From NCBI GenBank assembly GCA_964415895.1, contig CAYQCC010000005.1, positions 875 through 64,874 on the forward strand: a DNA stretch of 64,000 nucleotides. Reading direction: 5' to 3'. How positions within the stretch are numbered: position 1 is the first letter of the stretch; the number at the start of each line of letters is the position of its first letter. The notes beneath the pieces were generated by a model. It was given only the letters and a program-made list of their open reading frames with translations, searched no databases and was not told the origin of the DNA. The position numbers and the translations under genes are program-made. Shown here piece by piece: positions 8,178 through 17,022 of this stretch. Source of the DNA: an uncultured Candidatus Saccharibacteria bacterium (GTDB taxonomy: Bacteria > Patescibacteriota > Minisyncoccia > Phycocordibacterales > UBA1006).

Positions 8178-9038
8178 TTAATCATTATGGCTTGCCTCGA
8201 TTTTCCCTTGTAAGGTTCGTAGTTCTCCGAGCCATTTCTTTTCTTGTTCCGCATTTGGTGGTGTTCCGTGCCACTTGTAATCAAATTCGATTTCCTTCAC
8301 ACCTTTTCCAGGAATCGTGTGTGCAATAATAACCGTTGGTTTTTCAAATATAGTTTTTGCCATTTCGCATGCGTCAACAATTTCATTAAAGTTGTGTCCG
8401 TTGATTTCGATCACATGCCAATTAAATGCTCTCCATTTATCAGCAAGCGGTTCCAGTGGCATCACGTTTTCTGTCATGCCATCGATCTGAATATTGTTTC
8501 GATCAATGATCGCTGTTAGGTTTGAAAGTTTTTTATTTCCTGCAAACATGATTGCTTCCCATGTATTTCCTTCCTGAAGTTCCCCGTCTGACATGCAGCA
8601 ATACGTATGATTTTTCTTTCCATCCATACGAAGAGCGTATGCCATGCCTGATGCTTGGGACAATCCTGAACCAAGCGGACCTGAAGTGTTTTCCATTCCA
8701 GGCAACATGTGACGTTCTGGGTGACCTTGTAGCCTACTTCCAAATTTACGAAGCGTAAGCAATTCTTTTACGGGAAAATATCCAGCGTGAGCCATGGTTG
8801 CATAGCGCACTGGGACAATGTGACCATTTGATAGAATTAATCGATCGCGCTCTGACATATCTGGATTCTTTGGATCGTGATTCAAGACATGAAAATACAT
8901 GGCAGTAAAAATGTCTGTCATGCCAAGAGGTCCAGCCGTGTGGCCAGATTTTGCTTCTTCGAGCATTTCTAAAATAGACATACGGATATCATTTGCTTTT
9001 AGTTCAAGAGTTTTTACCTGTTCATCGGTGAGTGACAT
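8178..9038 (-). CDS. transketolase, N-terminal (TPP-binding) subunit
   Basis: SGH, DRLILSNGH, LQGHP, SGPLGSG, SDGELQEG...N. Confidence 0.95.
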   Translation of the reverse strand: MSLTDEQVKTLELKANDIRMSILEMLEEAKSGHTAGPLGMTDIFTAMYFHVLNHDPKNPDMSERDRLILSNGHIVPVRYATMAHAGYFPVKELLTLRKFGSRLQGHPERHMLPGMENTSGPLGSGLSQASGMAYALRMDGKKNHTYCCMSDGELQEGNTWEAIMFAGNKKLSNLTAIIDRNNIQIDGMTENVMPLEPLADKWRAFNWHVIEINGHNFNEIVDACEMAKTIFEKPTVIIAHTIPGKGVKEIEFDYKWHGTPPNAEQEKKWLGELRTLQGKIEASHND

Positions 9039-9099
9039 ATACCAAAGATTATATCATAAAATAAAGCGGCATGAAGCCGCCTTGTAATAACAAACTATT

Positions 9100-9621
9100 C
9101 TAACGTGGAACGCTTGTCGTAAATGGTTGATCAAATGTAACAGTCGATTCATACGTACCGTCATTCGCTCCGTTTGAATAAACAAACTTATAAGCTTGCA
9201 TATAAAAATCCATCCACGGACCATGTGCTATTACCATTCCAAAATACGTGATCCGCGCCGTATCGTTTCTAACGATTTTATAGACATCCGATTCAGGCTC
9301 GGTTTCTGGAAGACTTGTCAGTGTTAATGGACGATACGGCGTATATTCATGAATAGTATCGTTTCCGCGAATGGTTACGTAGGTTCCAAAATTAATGGGA
9401 ACCTGTGAAAAATACATATCACTGTCGCCTGCAATGATATCAAACGTAATCCGAAAATGCATGTAGTACTTTCCAGAAAACGCGAGCGTATCCAAAAGAA
9501 TAGCTTCCGTCGATACAAGTGTTGCTGTGGGCTCTGTGCCGACAGCAATATGAGCTGATCGTTTTTTACATTGATTTGCAAGAATGCAAATAGTAATAAA
9601 GAAAATAATTTGTGTTTTCAT
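9100..9621 (-). CDS. putative lipoprotein / secreted protein, Bacteroidota-style N-terminus
   Basis: MKTQIIFFITICILANQCKK followed by a beta-rich domain. Confidence 0.6.
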   Translation of the reverse strand: MKTQIIFFITICILANQCKKRSAHIAVGTEPTATLVSTEAILLDTLAFSGKYYMHFRITFDIIAGDSDMYFSQVPINFGTYVTIRGNDTIHEYTPYRPLTLTSLPETEPESDVYKIVRNDTARITYFGMVIAHGPWMDFYMQAYKFVYSNGANDGTYESTVTFDQPFTTSVPR

Positions 9622-9723
9622 TTGTTTTGTTTTTGATTTAAAAGATTGTAGCAATGATGTATAAAATTAAAATAAAAAAAATCCCAGCGCGTGCTGGGAT
9701 TTTTAACCAATATTGTTAAAATA

Positions 9724-10404
9724 TTAGTTCAAATTTTCCGAAAAGAAACTTATTAACTTTTGGATAACATTGCTTCGATTCTTTCTTTTTCCTTCTGAAA
9801 ACTTTCTAAATGCTAACGAATCTCCGTTTGAAATAATAATGGAATCAATATTGCAGAATTCCATTGTATCCAGATAATAAATATCAGGCATCAATTGATC
9901 TAATCCGCCGATAGAAAACTTATACACTAATGCTCTTTTATCATCATCTTCTGATAAAAAAAGAACATGCTTTTGTTCTGTGTATTGTCCTATCTTTTCA
10001 ATTTCCATAACTTTCCACAAAGGATGCTCCTTTTCGTGATACTGAGCTGTAGCAATGATGGAAAAGATTTCACGCTGTGTATACAACGTATACCAACTTA
10101 ACGTGTTTTTCAGATTAAATTCAAACGAATCAAATAAATTAGGGTCAATAAGTCTGAAACTCGGTTGCTTCCTTTGAGAGATGAAAAAGAATCCGTCAGG
10201 AAATTTAAATCCTTTCTTTTTAATCCAGTCTTCGGTACGAAATCGTAGGTTTTTTCCACGATAACCTCGTAACCCATAACTAATTGGCCACCAGTTATCA
10301 TTTGTCTGGTCATTCTGCACTTGAGAATCATTTTGATTTTCTTTTGTTTGTTGTTGATTCACATCAACTTTTTTTGTTTCTTTGATTTCTAAAACTGAAC
10401 TCAT
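9724..10404 (-). CDS. hypothetical protein
   Basis: 226 aa ORF with its own TTGACT-16-TATAAT promoter (10457..10484). Confidence 0.7.
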   Translation of the reverse strand: MSSVLEIKETKKVDVNQQQTKENQNDSQVQNDQTNDNWWPISYGLRGYRGKNLRFRTEDWIKKKGFKFPDGFFFISQRKQPSFRLIDPNLFDSFEFNLKNTLSWYTLYTQREIFSIIATAQYHEKEHPLWKVMEIEKIGQYTEQKHVLFLSEDDDKRALVYKFSIGGLDQLMPDIYYLDTMEFCNIDSIIISNGDSLAFRKFSEGKRKNRSNVIQKLISFFSENLN

Positions 10405-10491
10405 GTTTTTTTGTTTTGGTTTGGTTATTAATATTTTAAAAAAGAACGAGCCAGTTATTATACTTATACTGAAGATAAAGTCAAGGATTTG

Positions 10492-11103
10492 CTAATAACC
10501 TGTGATTGCGTGAACGATAATTAACACTAATGGACTGATGAATTGCCATAGGACAAACGCAACCACAAACATTAAAATAAAACTATAACGTGATAATTCC
10601 ATGTATTTTGCACGAAGCGATCTTGGAAGAAGCGCGCTTATAATATGATGCCCATCAAGCGGTGGAATTGGAATTAAGTTAAATACTGCGAGTGAAATAT
10701 TAATAATCACAACCACTAAAAAGAATTGAAGCATGGGCGCGCTGAGTGTTACAAAGCGAACGACTAATCCAAATATAACAGCCAACATAATGTTCACCAT
10801 CGGACCAGCCGCTGCAACCAGCGCTCCGCCGTAACGTTCTTTAAACTGCGTGCCACGGATATTGCGCGGATCATATGGAACTGGTTTTGCCCAACCAAAT
10901 ACCACAGGTGACCCAGATAAAACAAAAATAAGCGGTAAGATAATTGACCCCATTGGATCAATATGAGGAATCGGATTTAGTGTTAAGCGACCCAATAATC
11001 GAGCCGTAGGATCACCTAAATATTCCGCCATGTATCCATGAGAAACCTCGTGTAGGATGATTGAAATAATAAGCACAATAAATGAAATAATCGGAAGTGA
11101 CAT
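10492..11103 (-). CDS. site-2 protease (peptidase M50)
   Basis: HEVSH, AAAGP, FNLIPIPPLDG. Confidence 0.95.
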   Translation of the reverse strand: MSLPIISFIVLIISIILHEVSHGYMAEYLGDPTARLLGRLTLNPIPHIDPMGSIILPLIFVLSGSPVVFGWAKPVPYDPRNIRGTQFKERYGGALVAAAGPMVNIMLAVIFGLVVRFVTLSAPMLQFFLVVVIINISLAVFNLIPIPPLDGHHIISALLPRSLRAKYMELSRYSFILMFVVAFVLWQFISPLVLIIVHAITGY

Positions 11104-11136
11104 ATTGCCTGATTATACCCGAAAAATCGTTTCAAG

Positions 11137-11251
11137 GTAAATCTCGCCAAAAGCGGCGTGTTGAGATCGAGGACCGAACCCGCAGCACCGCAGGTGCGTG
11201 AGGGCGCTTGCGTTCCGCAGATCGAAAACAGCCGCTTTTGGCGAGATTTAC
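11137..11251 (+). repeat. structured GTAA...TTAC element, copy A
   Basis: 21 bp perfect closing stem gtaaatctcgccaaaagcggc / gccgcttttggcgagatttac around a GA-rich branched core. Confidence 0.8.
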
Positions 11252-11335
11252 GGATATAAGCCAATAAGGCTTGCATTTTTCGGTCAATATGTTAGTATCA
11301 ACCCATTAATTGTTATTAAATAATCATCAAATTTT

Positions 11336-11581
11336 ATGGCTCGTACATGTGATATAACAGGAAAAGGCTCGCAGGTTGGTGGAGGTTACTCTAACCGTGT
11401 TCGTGCTACAAAATTCAACCCTACAGGATTGCGACGACGATACCCAAACCTACAGACAAAAACCTATATTGTTCCAGAATTGAACAACCAAAAGGTTAAA
11501 TTGACTGTTTCAACACGAGGTATGCGAACAATCACTAAAAACGGAATCTTCAAAGCATTGAAAGATGCAAAGATTATCTAG
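11336..11581 (+). CDS. rpmB: 50S ribosomal protein L28
   Basis: MARTCDITGK...RRRYPNLQ...KLTVSTRGMRT. Confidence 0.95.
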   Translation: MARTCDITGKGSQVGGGYSNRVRATKFNPTGLRRRYPNLQTKTYIVPELNNQKVKLTVSTRGMRTITKNGIFKALKDAKII

Positions 11582-11612
11582 TAGTAAAAAAGCACCAAAT
11601 GGTGCTTTTTTA

Positions 11613-12515
11613 CTACTTTGAGCCAGAACATGTGATTGTGGTTCCGTCGGAAAGGCAATCAATGGTGCCTAATTGCGACGTTTCTAAAATTTGTGCATTT
11701 ACTGATTCGGCTCGCTCGATAACCTCTGGAGCTGGGTGACCATACTTATTTCCCAATCCTGCCGAAACAATAGCCGTTGTTGGGTGAACCACTTGTAAGA
11801 ATGCGTCGGAACTGGATGTTTTTGAACCGTGATGACCGAGTTTCAATACATCAGATTTCAATTGCGGACCATATGTCTTAACCAAATAATCCTCTACATC
11901 ACTTGGAGAATCACCCGTTAACAGAAATGATGTGTTGCCGTAGGAAACTCTTGCAACAATCGAAGCTTCGTTGGTTTCCCACCCTGTTGGATTTTGATCT
12001 GGAAATAGGATATCAATAACAACACCATGATTTTTATCAAGAATAATTCTCTCGCCAGATCGAGCAGTTAATTTATTTGCCTGCTCATTAATAACTTTTT
12101 GTCCAAACGTACGATCAATAAGTGTAGGTGAAGAAATCTCAGATTCGACAACTGTACCAACCTTAAAGCGATCCAACACATACGGAAATCCACCGATGTG
12201 ATCCGCATCTGAATGTGTTGCTAAAATCACATCGATCGTTCGATCAAAGAAATTCTTTTCCTCGCCTAATCGATCAATGACAGACTGGTCTGGGCCTGAA
12301 TCAATTAACAATTCCCTACCATTCGGCGCCTGAATCCAAATTGCGTCACCTTGACCAATATCCAAAAATGCAACATGAAGTGTTGGCGGCGCAAGAAGCG
12401 GTAATGCATTCATCATAATTAATGCTGCGAGTGATACCAAAAAACCCAATAGAATAATTGAGTTTTTTTGAATACTTGATCTAATAATTGTTCGAGTATT
12501 TTTTAGATGCTCCAT
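11613..12515 (-). CDS. ComEC-type metallo-beta-lactamase fold protein
   Basis: FLDIGQGDA, THSDADHIGG, LLTGD, LKLGHHGS, YGHP. Confidence 0.9.
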   Translation of the reverse strand: MEHLKNTRTIIRSSIQKNSIILLGFLVSLAALIMMNALPLLAPPTLHVAFLDIGQGDAIWIQAPNGRELLIDSGPDQSVIDRLGEEKNFFDRTIDVILATHSDADHIGGFPYVLDRFKVGTVVESEISSPTLIDRTFGQKVINEQANKLTARSGERIILDKNHGVVIDILFPDQNPTGWETNEASIVARVSYGNTSFLLTGDSPSDVEDYLVKTYGPQLKSDVLKLGHHGSKTSSSDAFLQVVHPTTAIVSAGLGNKYGHPAPEVIERAESVNAQILETSQLGTIDCLSDGTTITCSGSK

Positions 12516-12523
12516 AATGTATA

Positions 12524-13612
12524 TTATTCTAATTCAACAGGTTTTGGCTCTGTCGCACTTTCCTGCGCCAATGTAATACTTGTTTTTTCGCGATCATAAA
12601 TAATTTCGAGTATAAGCACAGCAAACGGAATAGCAATAATTGCACCAATCCAACCAATCAACTGAATCCAAGCAACAATGGATATCAACACAAGCAACAT
12701 CGGAATACCTACTGTCTTGTGGACGATCAATGGCTGAAACACATTTGCCTCAAGGAAGTTTAGAATAAGGAAGAAAATAAGCGCTGTGACTCCAAGCGAT
12801 GGACCTTGTGAAATGAAAATAATCGGAGTAACAACGATCGTTCCAACCGTCAGACCAAATGGAATAAGTTCCAAAAACGTTACAAGAATTGAAAGCAATA
12901 ATGCGTATGGAATTCCCATCAACGTAAATCCAATGAATCCGACGACACCTGCGATTAATGCCAAAATAAACTGTCCACCAAACCAATATCCAATTTTGTG
13001 TTCTACACGATCCCACAAATCAACAACGTATGATTCATATTTTAACGGAGTGATAGCTCTCAAAAAACTGTTGATACCACCTTCTTGAATAGACAAGAAA
13101 AACGAGATCACAAATACGAGCAATGTATCAGCAACGATTTTTACAACTGTTGTAATACCTGTTACCACAGAATCTGTCAGGTATACTTTCCAGAAGTTCT
13201 GGAGACCAGAAAGTCCAACCGATGTTCCTAGGATCGTCTGAAGCGATAATCCATCCTGCGATACGCGATTTAGCAATTTTGCCCAAGGACTCGCCTTTGG
13301 TAGATAACTTGCAAAGCCAGATAATTCACGGAATAATAACGGAAAGAATATAAATATCATCGCTGCTGCAATTCCAACAAACAAGAGATACATGATAATT
13401 ATTCCTAACATGCGCGGAATACGAATCTTTTTCAACACGCGCGCACCTACGTTTACAAACGATGCGATGATAACAGCTACTACGATGAGTAGAACGAAAT
13501 CGCGAACCGCCCATAATGCCAAGATTACTGCCGCACCAAGAGCAAGAACTGCAAAACTACGTGGCGTAATATCAACATGATAACGCACTGACTTTGGGTT
13601 ATGTTCTGTCAT
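12524..13612 (-). CDS. AI-2E family transporter
   Basis: Multi-TM; W..GQ, LELIPF, LEANVFQP, GAIIAIP. Confidence 0.85.
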   Translation of the reverse strand: MTEHNPKSVRYHVDITPRSFAVLALGAAVILALWAVRDFVLLIVVAVIIASFVNVGARVLKKIRIPRMLGIIIMYLLFVGIAAAMIFIFFPLLFRELSGFASYLPKASPWAKLLNRVSQDGLSLQTILGTSVGLSGLQNFWKVYLTDSVVTGITTVVKIVADTLLVFVISFFLSIQEGGINSFLRAITPLKYESYVVDLWDRVEHKIGYWFGGQFILALIAGVVGFIGFTLMGIPYALLLSILVTFLELIPFGLTVGTIVVTPIIFISQGPSLGVTALIFFLILNFLEANVFQPLIVHKTVGIPMLLVLISIVAWIQLIGWIGAIIAIPFAVLILEIIYDREKTSITLAQESATEPKPVELE

Positions 13613-13649
13613 ATACCAACAACTGTATCATTGATATTAAAAAAAGTCA

Positions 13650-14903
13650 TTATATGACTTTTTTTATTTCTGATTCTGTATGTGGACCCGTAATAACCAG
13701 GTGAAATTGATCTAACTTAAAATATTTCTTTGCTACTTTTGTAATATCTGAGATACTAACCGATCTAATTTCCTTCTCGAGCTCTGCAAGTGTTTTTTGA
13801 GGTTGGTTGAGAATTTCGTTCGAACCTACAAAGTTTGCAACATCATCGGATAGCTCCATTCCCATGTATAATCTACCAATCATGTATTCTTTTGTTTTTG
13901 AAAGTTCATTTTCAGAAACTGGCGTGTCAGATAACTTTTTCAGTTCGCCCTTGATAGCACTTAGTACTTCTGCGACACGTCTTGGTTCTGTACCAGTTGC
14001 AATAGCAAACTCGCCCGTATCGTCTGCTGATGAGAAATCTGAGTACACATAATATCCTGCGCCCATTTCTTCGCGCAACTTAAAAAATAAACGCGAACTC
14101 ATTCCTTGACCTAAGATTCCGTTTAATACAGACAGCGCGCGACGATCTGGATGATTCCCTGCAAGTGATCGTGTACCCATAATAATATGAGACTGATCTG
14201 TTTTTTTATTTTCAACAATAATTTTCGGCCCAGGTTTTGAACTAATCTTTTTCTTATTAACAACTGACTTTGTAGGAATAGCGGCGAATGCCTTTTTAAC
14301 CATTTCAATTGCTTCTTTTTCATTAATATTTCCTGTAATAACTACCACTGTTTTTTCTGCATGATAATGTTTCTTGTGATAATCAACAAAATCCTTTCTT
14401 GTAAAACGTTTAATGTTTTCTTTTGGCCCTGCGATCGTGTATCCTGCTGGCTGATTACCGTAGATTGATTCCAAAAAGGTGTATCCGATTTTGTGCTGTG
14501 GATTATCATTTATCATATCAATTTCGCCACATACTACGCCTTTTTCTTTCTCGATTTCAGCATCAGGAAATATTGAGTTTAGGTAGACATCAGCAACAAT
14601 ATCCAATAGCTTGGGAAATAGTTTTGCACGACCTTTTGCATGATAGCCAGTCATATCATAATTAGTATAAGCATTGCTTTGTGCGCCCATAGCTTCTAGT
14701 TCATAAGCAATTTCAAGTGCTGTGCGGCGCTTTGTTCCCTTGAAGCACATATGTTCCAAGAAATGTGACAAACCATTTGACTGCTCTGTTTCATAACGTG
14801 TTCCTGCAGCAACCCATACCTGTACCGTTACGGTTGGCGAATCTTTCATAGGCACCGTCATAATGCGTAATCCATTTTTAAGAGTTGTCTTTTTGATGTT
14901 CAT
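13650..14903 (-). CDS. peptidase M16 family
   Basis: GLSHFLEHMCFKGT, NAYT, SSRLF..LRE; start MNIKK. Confidence 0.95.
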   Translation of the reverse strand: MNIKKTTLKNGLRIMTVPMKDSPTVTVQVWVAAGTRYETEQSNGLSHFLEHMCFKGTKRRTALEIAYELEAMGAQSNAYTNYDMTGYHAKGRAKLFPKLLDIVADVYLNSIFPDAEIEKEKGVVCGEIDMINDNPQHKIGYTFLESIYGNQPAGYTIAGPKENIKRFTRKDFVDYHKKHYHAEKTVVVITGNINEKEAIEMVKKAFAAIPTKSVVNKKKISSKPGPKIIVENKKTDQSHIIMGTRSLAGNHPDRRALSVLNGILGQGMSSRLFFKLREEMGAGYYVYSDFSSADDTGEFAIATGTEPRRVAEVLSAIKGELKKLSDTPVSENELSKTKEYMIGRLYMGMELSDDVANFVGSNEILNQPQKTLAELEKEIRSVSISDITKVAKKYFKLDQFHLVITGPHTESEIKKVI

Positions 14904-14975
14904 AGATTGGCAGTATAACAAAAAGGTCGCAATAGCGCGACCTTGTAACTTTCTACAATAATATGTAATTGTAGA

Positions 14976-15350
14976 TTAATTTTGTGGCTGGTACTCACTA
15001 ATATGATTTTTAATAAAATCCTTGAAAGCAATCTTCTTGTTATCTTTCCAAATATCAGGAGTTACTTCGTTGCCTAACAAATTAAATACTTCAGGTCGCA
15101 ATGCATTACTTGTAAGGAATTCATAAAATTCATCATTCATTTCGTTATCGAAAGCACGAAGTTCTATGAACACAAGGTTAATATCTTCTGTAGTTTTTAA
15201 TTCGTCAAAAAGTCTCTGCTTTTTTTGTTTGGAAAAATAATGAACGAAAATGTCATTATCTGATAATTTCCCCATACCAGATAAGATGTTTGGAATACGG
15301 CTGCTTGTTGAACCGTTTGTAATGATAAGAATCTTTTTACTTGTTGCCAT
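14976..15350 (-). CDS. hypothetical protein, possibly a degenerate receiver domain
   Basis: KKILII...INLVFIE pattern, 124 aa; own TTGACA-16-TAATAT promoter. Confidence 0.55.
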   Translation of the reverse strand: MATSKKILIITNGSTSSRIPNILSGMGKLSDNDIFVHYFSKQKKQRLFDELKTTEDINLVFIELRAFDNEMNDEFYEFLTSNALRPEVFNLLGNEVTPDIWKDNKKIAFKDFIKNHISEYQPQN

Positions 15351-15422
15351 CGTTTTTATTTTTGATTAATAGGCATATTACTCGAGTTTGTAGAAATGTC
15401 AAAACCGCCTATCCAGGCGGTT

Positions 15423-16829
15423 TTAATACTTCAACTTTTCAGCTAAATCAGCAATAGCTACGCGCTCCTGTGTCCCTGTATCACGGTTACGAATAGTAAC
15501 TGTATCGGCAAGTTCCGGTGCCTCGTTTCCAAGAGTTTCAAAATCGATCACGATACACCACGGTGTCCCAATCTCATCCTGACGTCGATATCGTTTTCCA
15601 ATGTTTCCATTATCATCGAATTCACAACGGAAATCTTTTCGAAGCATCTTGTACACTTCTTTCGCTTTTTCAACCAGTTCTGGTCGGTTTTTCAACAATG
15701 GAAATACTGCGCACGTAATCGGAGCAATTGAAGGATGAAGTTTAAGATATACACGCGTTTCACCTTTGTCGTCTACTTCTTCTGTATATGCATTATCCAA
15801 AAACATTAGCATTGTTCGAGCAAGTCCAGCAGATGTTTCCATAATATGTGGAGTAAATCGCTCTTTTGTTTCTTGGTCAAAGTAATCAAGATTCACGCCA
15901 GAGAATTTGCTGTGCTGAGACAAGTCCCAATCACCACGAGCATGAACTCCTTCTACCTCGTCGAACTTATCGAAGCATCCGAAATTATATTTAATATCGT
16001 ACGCATCGGTTGCATAATGGGCAAGCTTTTCATGTTTGTACCACTGTAATTTTTCACTTGGAATTCCGTGATCTAAATACCACTGCCACCGATATTCCTG
16101 CCACGCTTTGAACAGATCAACTGTTTGTGCAGGATTATGAAAATACTGCATTTCCATTTGTTCGAATTCTCGTGTTCGGAAAATAAATTGTCGTGCTGCA
16201 ATTTCATTTCGGAATGCTTTTCCAATTTGTGCAATTCCAAACGGAAGACTTGGATGCATAGAATCCATTGTATTTTTATATTCCAAGTAAATTCCTCCGC
16301 ATGTTTCAGGTCGCAAATACATTACGTTGTCTTCTGTTAATATATCAACGGGTGAACCAAAGTTTGATTTCACCATCAAAGAAAATGATCGCGCTGGCGT
16401 TAAGTCTGCAGACTTGCAATTTGGACACACCAATTTTTTATCAGCTCGCAACTTATCAAGTTCCGCATTGATCCATTCAACCGGTTGTTTATCAGCATCA
16501 ATTCCAAAACTTTCCAACATATGGTCCGCACGAAATCTGGATTTACAATTCTTACAATCTATTTGAGGATCATCAAAGTTCCCTACGTGACCTGACGCAA
16601 CCCATGCTTGTGAGTGCATGAAAATTGCACTGTCGAGCGCCACGACATCATCACGGTGTTGAATCATCGATTTCATCCATTCATTCTTTACATTTTCTTT
16701 CATTAAATAACCGTAATGACCATAATCATACACGCCAGCAAGTCCGCCATAAATTTCAGACGAAGGAAACACAAATCCGCGACGTTTACATAATGATACG
16801 ATTTTTTCCATTAAATCTTGATTTTCCAT
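15423..16829 (-). CDS. glyQS: glycine--tRNA ligase (alpha2 type)
   Basis: CKRRGF...EIYGG, YLRPET, IGKAFRNE, FRTREFEQME, IGKRYRRQDEIGTP. Confidence 0.97.
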   Translation of the reverse strand: MENQDLMEKIVSLCKRRGFVFPSSEIYGGLAGVYDYGHYGYLMKENVKNEWMKSMIQHRDDVVALDSAIFMHSQAWVASGHVGNFDDPQIDCKNCKSRFRADHMLESFGIDADKQPVEWINAELDKLRADKKLVCPNCKSADLTPARSFSLMVKSNFGSPVDILTEDNVMYLRPETCGGIYLEYKNTMDSMHPSLPFGIAQIGKAFRNEIAARQFIFRTREFEQMEMQYFHNPAQTVDLFKAWQEYRWQWYLDHGIPSEKLQWYKHEKLAHYATDAYDIKYNFGCFDKFDEVEGVHARGDWDLSQHSKFSGVNLDYFDQETKERFTPHIMETSAGLARTMLMFLDNAYTEEVDDKGETRVYLKLHPSIAPITCAVFPLLKNRPELVEKAKEVYKMLRKDFRCEFDDNGNIGKRYRRQDEIGTPWCIVIDFETLGNEAPELADTVTIRNRDTGTQERVAIADLAEKLKY

Positions 16830-16911
16830 AATTCCCTGATACTACCATAATCCCTAAAAGTTTTCCACATATCCAAGTTGTCTCAAGTCAGACAAAAAGC
16901 TATAATATAAA

Positions 16912-17016
16912 TGTAAGATTGCAGGGCACTGCCCTCCAATCTTACACGACTCCCACACTCTGTGAGGAGTTATTTATTTACACGAAAATCCCTTTTACGG
17001 GATTTTCGTGTAAATA
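16912..17016 (+). ncRNA. candidate sRNA
   Basis: TTGTCT-17-TATAAT promoter (16878..16906), two hairpins, then a terminator hairpin; no ORF. Confidence 0.4.
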
Positions 17017-17022
17017 GTCACA

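Noticed and set aside
11137-11251. GTAA...TTAC elements as integron attC sites
   Set aside because: No RYYYAAC/GTTRRRY ends, no cassette array and no integrase in the window.
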